Positions 27,392 through 38,100 of a stretch of DNA of 64,000 nt are shown one piece after another. The notes under the pieces were generated by a model, which was not told the origin of the DNA, searched no databases, and saw only the letters and a list, made by a program, of their open reading frames with translations. Within the stretch, counting starts at the first letter, position 1; every line of letters starts with the position of its first letter. Position numbers and translations under genes: made by a program. This stretch comes from a virus. The stretch covers positions 1-64,000 of the IMG/VR virus record IMGVR_UViG_3300022918_000001. The stretch is one strand, 5' to 3'.

Positions 27392-30300
27392 CATACTAAG
27401 TGCAGCAGAAAATCTGCAAGACGAATCATTTTCAGTTCAACCAAAAGAACTAAGACAAACACCTGTAAAGACTCCTAAAGTTAAACTTGATCTAAGTGCT
27501 TTAGGAGCATACAAACCTATAACACTTCAAGAACAAACTGCGGCTAACTACAGAGTAGATCCAACTAAATTCACTACTCAACAGCGCATAGAAAATCCTG
27601 ATACTTCTGTAGACGAAGAAAAGGTTATCAATGACAAGTTAGAATCCTACAAAAAGAAATATGGTGATACTTATTGGGGTGGCGTTCAAACAGGAGTTGA
27701 CGGAATTACTAAGATTATAGGAAGAGGACTAGCGAGAGGTGCTGCTAATTTAGGTGAGGGTGTATTTAGTGCCGCAGACTTATTCAGAAGAAAAGTATTA
27801 GGTGGAGAGGATTATACTCCCGAAGAAGAAGCGATCAACAATCAATTTTTAGATAAGGTTGAAGAAAAGACCTCTATGGGGTTGGAAGATAACTTTAGGG
27901 GTTTTACGCCTGTCGATAGAGCTGTAGGTTCGCTTGCGGAGTTTATACCTGCTATGCTTAGTGCAGAGGCTACAGGGGGAATGAGCTTTGCTATGAATGG
28001 CGCAGGAACAGCAGACAAAGAGATTCGTGAGGCTAAAAAGAATGGTGTAGAGTTTAAGAATGGTGCTGATGATATGTATAGAGTCGGTAAGATGATTACT
28101 GATTATACGTTGATGAAAACCCTTAACTCTCATGTATTGTTTAATAAGCTTCCTGCTGCGGTTAGAGATGACTTAGCCGGACAAGCTACAGTTAATGCCA
28201 TGAAGGGATTAGTTGATTCAGGAGAAGCTATTACAGCAGAGAGCATCGCTAATGCCATGAAACAGCAGAGCGTGAGTATCGCTAAGAAGATTCCAGAGTT
28301 CTTAAATAAAGGCGCTAAGGCTTATCGTAATACCTCACTAGATTTAACGGCACTCGCTTATGTGGATAATGAGTTAAAGAAAAAAGCTAATGATGTAAAT
28401 GAATCGGAAGCCTTTCAGGTGCAGAGTCCTCAAGAAATGAGTGATACTATCGGAAAGATACTTACGGAAGATGCGCCAATCTTTGCAGGTCTTGGCATGA
28501 GACAGGATATAGGAATGATGTTTAGCAAGTCTCCATATAAAAATATGGTTATTGACGCTGTAAAAGCTGATAGAAGTCCTGAAAATGTAGCTAAAGTAAT
28601 TGAAGATGTTGGGGTATTAGGTGCTAAACAAGGATGGAAACCCGAAGAGATAGAGAATACACAAAAGCAAGCTATAGTTATTGCTGATGCTGTCTCTAAG
28701 TTACCTGAACAGTTTACCCCTAAACAGTTTGATGAAGGTGTGGATTTGATTACAGGACGTAATGAGATGCAGGAGGCGCTTGATGTCATTAAATCTAACA
28801 AGACGGAGACTGACCCTGCTTTAGGAGAGATTAAAAGATCCGAAGAGATTGCTTTGGAGAATAAGATCGATCAGTCGAATGATAAGCTTAGAGAGCTTGC
28901 TACGGGTCTTAAAACGAAGTATACGTTTGATGAAGAGAAAGGTATTTACACTAAACAGATAGGTAAAGAAAAACCTGTTGAGATTACGGAAGAAAGATAC
29001 AATCTTGAACAGACTGAAAGAAGTAAACCAGAGGCTCCACAAGAGGTTATTAACACAGAGGTAGGCGGTAACACTACTGTAAGGGAGAAAGAGTCTGAAA
29101 AGGCTCCAAATGAGGTCGTAGAGGAAAATGTAACGCCTGTTGAGGAAGTTGTGGTTCCAGAAACTATACAAGAAACAATTCAAAGTACTAAACCCATAGA
29201 GAATGAAGTTGAACAAGTTGTACCTGTACAAGAGAATGTGGCTCAAGAGAGTGTATCACCGGAAAGAACTAAAGAAGTCTTAGATAAAGCGGAAGATGAC
29301 CTTAAAGCGTTAAAGCAAGTAAGCAATAAAACACTTAAAGCAGAGGCGTCATTAAAAAGACTTACGGAGGCTAAGAACAAGGGAGAGATTACTACAAAAC
29401 AATTTGATGAACTTAAAACTAGGTTTGATGATGTGTTGGCAGATAGTGCCCCTAAGATTAAAGCGGAGAACTTAACACCGGAAGAGGCTACACAATTTGA
29501 AAATGAATTTAAAAACGAAGAATTAACAACAAATGATTTTATCGAACATGAAAGAAGAGCAATCGAACAACAAGCTGAACCTATTGCGGAAACTGTACAA
29601 CCAACCGGAAATGACGGAGGAACAAATGCAAAAGAAAATACAGGAAGTCAAAGAAGCCAAGCAGAACCAACAGCCGAAACCAAAGGAGTAAGCGATAAAT
29701 TCACTAAACTGGCTTATAAGAATATACAGAGCGAGGAAATCAGCAATACGTTAAATAACATTGAGAGAGAGACAGGACGAACCTTAGATGCTTCGGAGAA
29801 GGAATACCAGAAGACTAAAAGATTAGAGGCTGTAGCACATGGTAATGAAGTTGTAGAGGAAGCTAAGACAGAGTTCGGTGACGACTATGCAAATAAGCTG
29901 ATTGACTATCTAGATAAAGAGAAAGGAATTTCTGTAGAGAACAGGAGTTTGATTACTATATCTCTTGAGCTTGATTTGGAGAGAAGGATATTAAATGAGC
30001 CGGAGAATGAACTAACACTTAACAAGCAATTGAAACGTGTGAGGGATATTTCTACTAAGCAACAGAGAAGTGCTGCTATAGCTACGGGATATGGTATCTT
30101 ACGTCAAATTGCTAGGGTTGGATATGATGTAAGTCAGGTAACTAAAGAGTTCTTTAGCTCTAATCAGCGTGAAAGCAAAAATAAATTGACGAAGGCTGTA
30201 GAGGCTGATGCAGATGCGATTAACAAAGAGGCACAAACAATTGAAACTGATGCTGTAGATGTATTGAGTCCTGATATTGAAAGTGCTATTGCTAAAGGTG

Positions 30301-33275
30301 TAGAGAAGCAAGTTAATGATATTTACGAGAAACTACCTACTAAGAGAAGAGAAGCGGCAGACAAGGCTATTGCGGCACTAGATAAGATTCAGAAGAAACT
30401 TAGAAGTAAGACGTATGATGCTAGTATAGGTGTTCCGGTTGCTATTATTGATGCAGGTATTACGACGATTAAAGCAGCTATAAAGGCCGGAGTAAACATT
30501 GCTGATGCTATTGAGCTTGGTATAAACAAAATCAAGGAGACTCAAAAGAAATGGGCTAAGGAAGACGAGTTTAGGAAGGATATGCTTGATGGATTCAAAG
30601 AAGAGAACATTGACACTAAAGCAGGGACTAAACGAGGTAATGTTAAGAGTGATACAGAGAAGTTGGCTGATGCCAAAGAGAACATTAGAAAGCGCATTGA
30701 AGACCTTAAACAGCAGATAGCAGATAAGAAAGTTGAACTCAAAGCAACAAGCAGATTAACTGACGCTGAATTGCAATCATTACAAGCCGAAGAAGCCGCT
30801 TATAAACGTGAAGCGATGAAATACCTTACTTCGGAGAGTAAAGCGATTGTAGACGAGCGGATGAAGGCTACAGCAGTAAAGAAATTGCAGAATGACTTGG
30901 AGCGTTTGAACGATCAGATTGCTAAAGGAGAGAAAGAGGAACGTGAGGCTAAGAAAGACCCTATAGAAAGTCCTGAAATCAACAGGTTAAAAGGAGAAAG
31001 AAAAGCTGCTTTGGAAGTTCTTGAGCAATTAGACCCTACACCTAAAATATTTGTCAAAGAGGCTTTGATTGAGTCGGGATATGGCAGAGAGATTACGGTT
31101 ACACGTAAAGAGACAAATGCCAATGGCAATGTGGTAGAACGTAAAGAGAAAACACAAACTTTGGATTGGAAGAAACTTGCCGGAGAAGAAGGTAGTATTG
31201 ACCGGATGAAGGAAAATGTAGAGAAAGTATTAAAGGATAAAGGCTATTCTGATGTTGAGATTGACAGGCTACAGAACAGCTTTGAAAAAGAATACAATGA
31301 CTTACGTGCCTCTGTAATAGAAAAGGGCTTAAAAGAGCTAGAAACACGCAATACAGAGAAGCCTAAGACCAATACTAAGACTACAGCAAAAAGACTAGCA
31401 GAATTATATAACTACGGTTTGTTTGAGAAGAACAGTGATACGTACGATTACCTGATGAATAATGCACTTGGACTTAATGGTATTGGTCAGGAGGCATTCT
31501 TTCAGGCTAAGGTTCTTGCTAAGAGTTTATCAGAATTGTATCAGTCAAGAAGCGACGGTAGGGTGATTAACGAGTTTGGGCTAAATAGTGCGGTAAATCA
31601 AATTAACCATCAGATAGAGCAGTTGTTGAGTAAGGTAGCATGGAATGAGAGTAATGGTGCCTTTAAAGCAGCTAAAATCACTCAAGAATATTTGAGTATG
31701 GCTCAACGTGCTATTTTGACCACAGTAAAACAGTTAGGAGATAACACGCTTAGTGGGTACATTGAGAGGACTTTTAACAAGTTGACATTTGCATTTGAGA
31801 AGAATGACACGAGTGCGCTAAAAGAACAGCGTAGGGATGCCGGAAGAAATGTATTGAAGGACGCTATCTACAATGCCGGACTAGACTATGGGGATATTTC
31901 CAATCCGTTCTTGGTAAAGAGTGCTACAGAGAACTACATTAACAATGTTTCAACAAGCAGAAAGTATCATGCTGTTGTATCCGGTATATTAGGACGTATC
32001 TACTTAGAAGGTATGGATGGTCTGAATAAAGCTAACTTAACAGAAAAATACTTTACAAGGAATCTTATAAAGGTGCTTACTGACAAGAACAACCCTAAAC
32101 GTATGGGTCAGGATGAAGCGGTACAGTATGTATCAGAGAATCTAACAGGTCAAAAGTTCAGTGATGCGCTTGTAACGGCTAAAGAGATAATTGAAAAGGT
32201 AAATACATTATCTGGCAAAAAGACTTTACCGGAGAATAAAGAGTTTACGAACAGGCTTGCTATGGACATTGTAAAAGAAGCATTGGTTGTGGGAGAGAAA
32301 TTGACCTTAGATCAGATTGAGGCTTCTTACAGGGCAGGATATACGGTTGCAGGTCTAGGTATGGGGCATGAGGCGAATAACTTTGCTTCTAGGACTGTAG
32401 GCTTGTTAAACTCGTACAATGAGGGTAAATTGAAAGATGCTATTAAAGAGAAAAGGTGGAATGAGGCTGCTATGCTTACGTTCACTTCAATCTTATCAAA
32501 GAACATCTTAAATCCTTTTGTCGGTGGTGCTAGTAATTGGGTTACACTTACGCTTCAAAAAGCAGGAGTTGATGCTTGGAGTCCTTTAGAAAACTTTGTA
32601 AAGAGAAGAAAGCTTGACTTGACTACTGAAAAAGGGATTAAGGACATGGAGTATGCTTTAATGAGTGAAGCTAAAGCTAAGAGTACAGCAGGAAGGGTGT
32701 TTATAGGAGCTACAGTCTCTTTACTGGCAGCGAGTGCGGCAATATCATCAGGAAAGGATAAAGACCTCGCAGCGTGGCTTAAAAAGAACGAGTGGGCTAA
32801 GAAGTACTTCAATGTAATTTCTCCTCCTGCTTTAAGTTTCTTACTTGCGTTACAGGACAAGAAAATGGGTAAATTCATGCAGCAGATTCTAAACCAGAAA
32901 GTAGCGGCATTTGATGATGGAGCTAAAGTTGTGAAAAGTATTGAAGCAGCTACAGAAGGAGATTTAAAGAAAGCGGGAGGATATGCGGGAGATGTGCTTG
33001 GAAGTAAAACGTCTTTACCTATTATTCCTTATAGATTCGGGAGACAGGTTCAAAATATTTATAGAGGCGTTACAGGACAACCACAAATATCTCCTGACTA
33101 TTCTACTAAAAGCTTTTGGAACAGTTTCTACAGGGATGGGTTTGTAAACTACTTAGGACTTACTCCCGATGCTGAAAGTGATAAACCACTCACAGATGCA
33201 GAACGGAAGGAAAAGATTAAAGAAGCTAAGCAGAAGATAGAGGAAACTAGAAAAGCTCTTCAAGAGAAAGACTGA
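27315..33275 (+). CDS. giant internal virion / ejection-type protein (1986 aa)
   Basis: Largest ORF in the window. Long E/K-rich helical stretches and a hydrophobic segment near the C-terminus (VFIGATVSLLAASAAISSG). T7 gp16-like position. A terminator follows at 33282-33309. The start is uncertain (see the A9 tract). Confidence 0.6.
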   Translation: MDYPYLPKKNTTLSTSGTKSSIGSGNILSAAENLQDESFSVQPKELRQTPVKTPKVKLDLSALGAYKPITLQEQTAANYRVDPTKFTTQQRIENPDTSVDEEKVINDKLESYKKKYGDTYWGGVQTGVDGITKIIGRGLARGAANLGEGVFSAADLFRRKVLGGEDYTPEEEAINNQFLDKVEEKTSMGLEDNFRGFTPVDRAVGSLAEFIPAMLSAEATGGMSFAMNGAGTADKEIREAKKNGVEFKNGADDMYRVGKMITDYTLMKTLNSHVLFNKLPAAVRDDLAGQATVNAMKGLVDSGEAITAESIANAMKQQSVSIAKKIPEFLNKGAKAYRNTSLDLTALAYVDNELKKKANDVNESEAFQVQSPQEMSDTIGKILTEDAPIFAGLGMRQDIGMMFSKSPYKNMVIDAVKADRSPENVAKVIEDVGVLGAKQGWKPEEIENTQKQAIVIADAVSKLPEQFTPKQFDEGVDLITGRNEMQEALDVIKSNKTETDPALGEIKRSEEIALENKIDQSNDKLRELATGLKTKYTFDEEKGIYTKQIGKEKPVEITEERYNLEQTERSKPEAPQEVINTEVGGNTTVREKESEKAPNEVVEENVTPVEEVVVPETIQETIQSTKPIENEVEQVVPVQENVAQESVSPERTKEVLDKAEDDLKALKQVSNKTLKAEASLKRLTEAKNKGEITTKQFDELKTRFDDVLADSAPKIKAENLTPEEATQFENEFKNEELTTNDFIEHERRAIEQQAEPIAETVQPTGNDGGTNAKENTGSQRSQAEPTAETKGVSDKFTKLAYKNIQSEEISNTLNNIERETGRTLDASEKEYQKTKRLEAVAHGNEVVEEAKTEFGDDYANKLIDYLDKEKGISVENRSLITISLELDLERRILNEPENELTLNKQLKRVRDISTKQQRSAAIATGYGILRQIARVGYDVSQVTKEFFSSNQRESKNKLTKAVEADADAINKEAQTIETDAVDVLSPDIESAIAKGVEKQVNDIYEKLPTKRREAADKAIAALDKIQKKLRSKTYDASIGVPVAIIDAGITTIKAAIKAGVNIADAIELGINKIKETQKKWAKEDEFRKDMLDGFKEENIDTKAGTKRGNVKSDTEKLADAKENIRKRIEDLKQQIADKKVELKATSRLTDAELQSLQAEEAAYKREAMKYLTSESKAIVDERMKATAVKKLQNDLERLNDQIAKGEKEEREAKKDPIESPEINRLKGERKAALEVLEQLDPTPKIFVKEALIESGYGREITVTRKETNANGNVVERKEKTQTLDWKKLAGEEGSIDRMKENVEKVLKDKGYSDVEIDRLQNSFEKEYNDLRASVIEKGLKELETRNTEKPKTNTKTTAKRLAELYNYGLFEKNSDTYDYLMNNALGLNGIGQEAFFQAKVLAKSLSELYQSRSDGRVINEFGLNSAVNQINHQIEQLLSKVAWNESNGAFKAAKITQEYLSMAQRAILTTVKQLGDNTLSGYIERTFNKLTFAFEKNDTSALKEQRRDAGRNVLKDAIYNAGLDYGDISNPFLVKSATENYINNVSTSRKYHAVVSGILGRIYLEGMDGLNKANLTEKYFTRNLIKVLTDKNNPKRMGQDEAVQYVSENLTGQKFSDALVTAKEIIEKVNTLSGKKTLPENKEFTNRLAMDIVKEALVVGEKLTLDQIEASYRAGYTVAGLGMGHEANNFASRTVGLLNSYNEGKLKDAIKEKRWNEAAMLTFTSILSKNILNPFVGGASNWVTLTLQKAGVDAWSPLENFVKRRKLDLTTEKGIKDMEYALMSEAKAKSTAGRVFIGATVSLLAASAAISSGKDKDLAAWLKKNEWAKKYFNVISPPALSFLLALQDKKMGKFMQQILNQKVAAFDDGAKVVKSIEAATEGDLKKAGGYAGDVLGSKTSLPIIPYRFGRQVQNIYRGVTGQPQISPDYSTKSFWNSFYRDGFVNYLGLTPDAESDKPLTDAERKEKIKEAKQKIEETRKALQEKD
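27335..27343 (+). other. A9 homopolymer (candidate slippage site or sequencing-error hotspot)
   Basis: In cccAAAAAAAAAtac, removing one A joins frame 27245 to frame 27315. Confidence 0.6.
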
Positions 33276-33281
33276 TATACA

Positions 33282-33309
33282 AGGTGTTCGGAAACGGCAC
33301 CTTTTTTTA
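33282..33309 (+). terminator. intrinsic terminator after the giant ORF
   Basis: AGGTGTT / GGCACCT stem (with G-U pairs), followed by T7. Confidence 0.55.
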
Positions 33310-33321
33310 TGAGAAAACTAA

Positions 33322-33329
33322 TACCTTTG
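33322..33329 (+). promoter_or_regulatory. -7 box TACCTTTG
   Basis: Follows terminator 33282-33309, 16 nt before ATG 33346. Confidence 0.5.
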
Positions 33330-33345
33330 GTAAAAAAACAAAATT

Positions 33346-33603
33346 ATGATATACGCAAAAATAGACTTTTCCGACCCAAATTTGGATTACGGGGATGTAG
33401 AGAACGAAAACAACGCTATGTTTAGTGACCTTGTATCACAACAAAAACATTGCTGCTCAAGTGCCAGAATGAAGGATATTCTTAGTGACGCTAGTAATCT
33501 AATGAGAGCTACAGATATAGCTACTAAAGTTAGTGATGAACCTAGATATAAATCATATGTTCAGGCTACGTACTACACTTTATATAATTACGCTTCCCAA
33601 TGA
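33346..33603 (+). CDS. hypothetical protein
   Basis: 85-aa ORF, 16 nt after a TACCTTTG box. First gene of the fibre operon. Confidence 0.55.
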   Translation: MIYAKIDFSDPNLDYGDVENENNAMFSDLVSQQKHCCSSARMKDILSDASNLMRATDIATKVSDEPRYKSYVQATYYTLYNYASQ

Positions 33604-34460
33604 GTACTATAGCAGAAATTATAACGGATTTAGATCGGGCAGAAGGGGTTTACCTTGTGTTGACAGATCAATGGCTGGCAGAACTAAAAAGCGGATGTGG
33701 TTGCAAACCTAGAGACTATGATTGCTTGTCGTACATCATTGATAGCTTAAATTATAGGGTTACGGTAGAGACTGTACCTAGTGACATTACAGAAAAACTA
33801 TACACAGAGATGTTGTTAATTATTGGAAGTGCTGTTATCAAGTATCCTCCGACAGTTAACGCAGGAACCGACCAGACAAAACAAGCTAGTCAGAGTGCAG
33901 TATTTAATGCTGTAGCTACTCAAGGTTCGGCAGTTATTACATCTTACTTGTGGACTAAAGTTTCAGGAGGCAGTGTTTTAATGACAGGAACCACAACTTC
34001 ACAACTTACAGTAACAGGATTTAGTGGAGATATGCCTTTGGGGCAATACGAGTTTAAGATTACAGTAACCGATGCAAATGGACTTACTGGTTTTGATACG
34101 GTTAAGCTTACTGTTACCGCCAATAACATTATTGTTAGATTTGGGGTTAGTAACACGCCTATCGATCTTTCAACATTTGTTTATGCTTATAGTAAAAGTG
34201 TTCCGGCAGGCGCTACAAACTATGAACTTGAATTCCCTACTGATGTACTCACAGGGGATAATTATATTGCTATTGACGAACCTCAATCTGAATCAGCTAA
34301 AAACTTCTGGTTTAACACTTCGTTGAATCAGGGAAGTATGGGAGATTTTACTTTGAATGCAGGAGTAATAGTTGGAAGTAAAAGAGCTTACAGGTCAACA
34401 GGAATATTTGTGTTCGACGGAACTAATCGTAAACTTAAATTATCAGTCAATGAGCTATAA
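33600..34460 (+). CDS. PKD-like domain-containing fibre/decoration protein
   Basis: PPTVNAGTDQT...ITSYLWTKVSGGS...LGQYEFKITVTDANGLTGFDTVKLTVTAN is the classic PKD/Ig pattern (about nt 33846-34125). Confidence 0.65.
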   Translation: MSTIAEIITDLDRAEGVYLVLTDQWLAELKSGCGCKPRDYDCLSYIIDSLNYRVTVETVPSDITEKLYTEMLLIIGSAVIKYPPTVNAGTDQTKQASQSAVFNAVATQGSAVITSYLWTKVSGGSVLMTGTTTSQLTVTGFSGDMPLGQYEFKITVTDANGLTGFDTVKLTVTANNIIVRFGVSNTPIDLSTFVYAYSKSVPAGATNYELEFPTDVLTGDNYIAIDEPQSESAKNFWFNTSLNQGSMGDFTLNAGVIVGSKRAYRSTGIFVFDGTNRKLKLSVNEL

Positions 34461-35100
34461 CCCATCAAGCCCAATGTTCACGGGTTCAAATAAACCGTAT
34501 GCAACCCAAGGACAGCCAGACACAGCTAAGTCTTGGTATTACGATCAATCTACAGGTGTAAAAAGACCCTTTGCCTCGCTTGCAGAGATACAGGGATACT
34601 TCGATACTAATATCAAAAGAAAAGGTGTTACAGGGGCTATTTTAGTTAATGAATCAGAGGTAGGTGAATATTGGTGGCCAGACCCGTCTAAATTAACGAA
34701 TGCTGACTTAGTTAAGAAAGGTGGAGATTTAATAGGCATAACCAAAATTTCTGAATGGGTAGATGACGGTGTTTATAAAATAGACAATGTAGTTTATTGG
34801 GTCAATAGTGGCACTAGATATTTATTTGCCTGTACAGCAGATGACACTACTACAGAGCCGGGAACTGTTGATGCTGATTGGATACCAATAGGTATTTATA
34901 TGGAGAAAGGCAGTTATACGGGCGCAAACATAACTACTGATGGCGAAATACAATCTTTAGCTAATAAAACGCTTCTTTCAGTTTATATAGATGGTATTCA
35001 AAAATCTGGTTTTGAGTATGATTATGCTACAGGAAAGGTAAATGGCTTTATTGGATACGAATCAGCTTCGGCTATAATTATTAAATTTTTAAATGTATGA
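34450..35100 (+). CDS. hypothetical fibre-module protein
   Basis: Internal ATG (MSYNPSSPMF...) overlapping the upstream stop (ATGAGCTATAA). The track start 34372 lies inside the previous gene. Confidence 0.55.
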   Translation: MSYNPSSPMFTGSNKPYATQGQPDTAKSWYYDQSTGVKRPFASLAEIQGYFDTNIKRKGVTGAILVNESEVGEYWWPDPSKLTNADLVKKGGDLIGITKISEWVDDGVYKIDNVVYWVNSGTRYLFACTADDTTTEPGTVDADWIPIGIYMEKGSYTGANITTDGEIQSLANKTLLSVYIDGIQKSGFEYDYATGKVNGFIGYESASAIIIKFLNV

Positions 35101-38100
35101 AACGATTAAAACTACTTTTAATTTTAATGGCGATGTCCTTAGGGGCGATGAGTCAAGGAACAACACCACCAGCGACACAGCAAGCAATTACGCCTTCTTG
35201 GTTTAGAGTGAATGCTACGGATAGCAATTTTTACGGCAGGGTGGGTACAAATACTTGGTATCGTTTTCCTACGTGGGAAAAATCAAATGCTACTTTTCCT
35301 AAAAAGACAGATATTAATCTGCAATATGTTACTGATCGGGGATTTAAAACGACGAATCCAATATACTCTACAAGTAAAGTATATGTGGGAGATAGCATAT
35401 CAAACAGGTACTTAGTGGGATACGGAACGTCTTTCACTGAAGGGTTTAATATGGGGAGTAAATATTTAGGTTATCTTTATAAAGCAGCGGATTATTGGGG
35501 AGCTATACCTGTAGATTATGGTTTGTCAGGAAGATTTGCCCAGCAGTCGCCTAGCGGTTTACCTGATAGTTCTTTTTATTATAATAGGGATAAAATACCG
35601 TATTCTCCGAATACAAATTCAATATTAATAGCGGAGCCTATGGTGAATGATGTAATTAACGCAAATACTACTTTCTATAATGTTAATGACTTCGTTAACA
35701 CGATGGATTCATGGCTCGATACCGCTATTACAAAGCGAAACTGGAATCCTAGTCGTATAGTGCTTTATAACCCATTTTATTTTAATAGGAATTCAGAAGT
35801 TAGGCATGCTGAATACACTAACGCATTAGACTCTATTGCCAGCAGCAGAGGATTAAAGTATTTAGACACATATGATAGAATGAAGTTAAAACAATATTCT
35901 GTTGGAGGCTATTTAGGGCCGGATAGTCTTCATGCAACCGCTCTAGGATGTGATAGCGCGGCAATGTGGTTGGCTGACTTCTTGAGTGAATCATTTAATA
36001 AATCTAGCAGCTCATTAGTAAGTACAAACAGTTTGATTTTTGGAGACCAAACACTTTCTGGAAATTCTTTTGTCGGTAAAGACTTTAAGGTTTTGCGTAG
36101 CTTTAACCAGCAGGGACCTCTATTTGAGGCATCGGGCAGGTTTCAAATAAAAAATGAGTTGATTCTTGGAGCAAATGCTAATTTTCCCGGCTTAAACGCA
36201 ACATCCGGATCAATTAAAACAGGAATTATAAAGGGTTACGGATATAATAATCAATGGACTGCCGGAGGGCTTAGTACTATAAATATTTTAGAGTACCAAG
36301 CAAACTCAACTCAAAATATATTAAATTATGGAAGAGTGGTGCCGTCAACAAGTACAGGTGGGCTTACTGACCATGTATGGTATACATCTCCTGACCCTAA
36401 TTCAATCACAACAACTAGGAGGATGGCCCTATATAAAGATGGTGGCCTTCAAATAGGCGGCACATCAACATCGCAGGCATCTGGCGTTTTTTTGCGGGTT
36501 GGAGGACTTTCTCTTTTTGATCAAAAAATACAAAGATCAGGTAATTTCACTGGGCCTGCATCTGGGTTTAATGGTGCTTTTATGCGTTTTCAGTCCTCTA
36601 CATATACCGATTCCTCCTCGGTGGCAGGTACTCAAATAGCAACCGCGACAGGTGTCACTTTTGAGAGGTCTACATTTAATACTTCTAATGTAGTGCCTGG
36701 ATTAACAAATGCTTATTCTGTGTATATATTGGGTGCTCCTTTTGCTGGCGCTAATTTAACCGGAGGTATATCAAATAGTTATGCTTTTGGGGTCGGTCAA
36801 GGATATAGTCATTTTAATGGTGGAGTTAGTTTCGGCTCGGCTTCATCCGCTGCTAGTTTAGACCGGACAAGGATAAAGATACTTGGCGGTACTACGGCAA
36901 TATCACCTTTAGAGTTTACTAGCGGAACACTTACTACTACGCCTGTAGCTGGATCTTTTGAGTTCCTGACAGATAATCCTTATTTCACCATTAGCACAGG
37001 GACGGCAAGAAAGGAATTTACCCTTAATGATGCTACTTTAAACGTAGGAATTGTGCCTATCACTACCACAAAGGGTAGGCTGACAAATAGCGCCATAACA
37101 TCAACTCAATTGGGCTATTTATCCGGTGTAACATCAGCAATTCAAACTCAAATAGACGGAAAGGCGGCTACATCATCAGTAGCGCTAAAACAAAATTTAG
37201 TTACACTCACTACTACCGGAAGCGGAGCGGCTACATTTAACCAATCGACAGGGGCATTAAATATTCCTACTTCTTCAGCAGCAGGTACAGTTACCTCTAT
37301 AACTCCGGGAACTGGTTTTACGTCAGCCACGCCTATAACTTCAAGCGGAACACTTAATGTTGATACTGCTGGTGTTATTGCGGGGAAACCTTTCGTTAAT
37401 AATGCTCTTTCCTTAAAGGCTGGTTTATCAGGGAATACTTTTAGCTCAACACAAAAAGTTTCTACAGCCGCAGGAACAAGTACTATATTATCTGGTTTTA
37501 CTGCTGAAAACACTACTCTTGGAAGCAACTCATTATCTGTAAATCTACTTAATAGATCTTCAGCAGGGGGTATAAATGGATTAAGATTTTATGCGCCAAG
37601 GGTTGGTGGCAATCCAGACGGCTTACTATGGCAAGAAACATTGGATGGAAGTAGTTATACAAACTTTTTTAAAGTAAAATTCAATGATTTAAATATTTAT
37701 AATACTTCTGGCAATACTGCCACTTTTAGAATGCCAGAAGCGCAGGCAAGTGCCGTACTAACAGTTCCAGCAACAGGTGGTGTTATAGCTACCGAAAATA
37801 TTGTTAATGCAAAACAAAACTTAGTAACACTAACAACTACTGGTTCAGGTGCGGCTACTTTTACACAGAGCACAGGATCTTTAAATATTCCTACTCCTAT
37901 ATCAGAAACGTTTCAGACTGTTACTTCAAGAGGAAACAGCACTACACTAGGTTTAGTTATTGGAGGTGGAGTTTCCATTGGAGGGCAAACTACTATTGTT
38001 GGCACGCCTGTTAATCCTAATCATGCGATAAGGAAAAGGGAATTAGACTCTGTTGCACTTTTAAAACAAAACACACTAACACTTACGACAACAGGTACAG

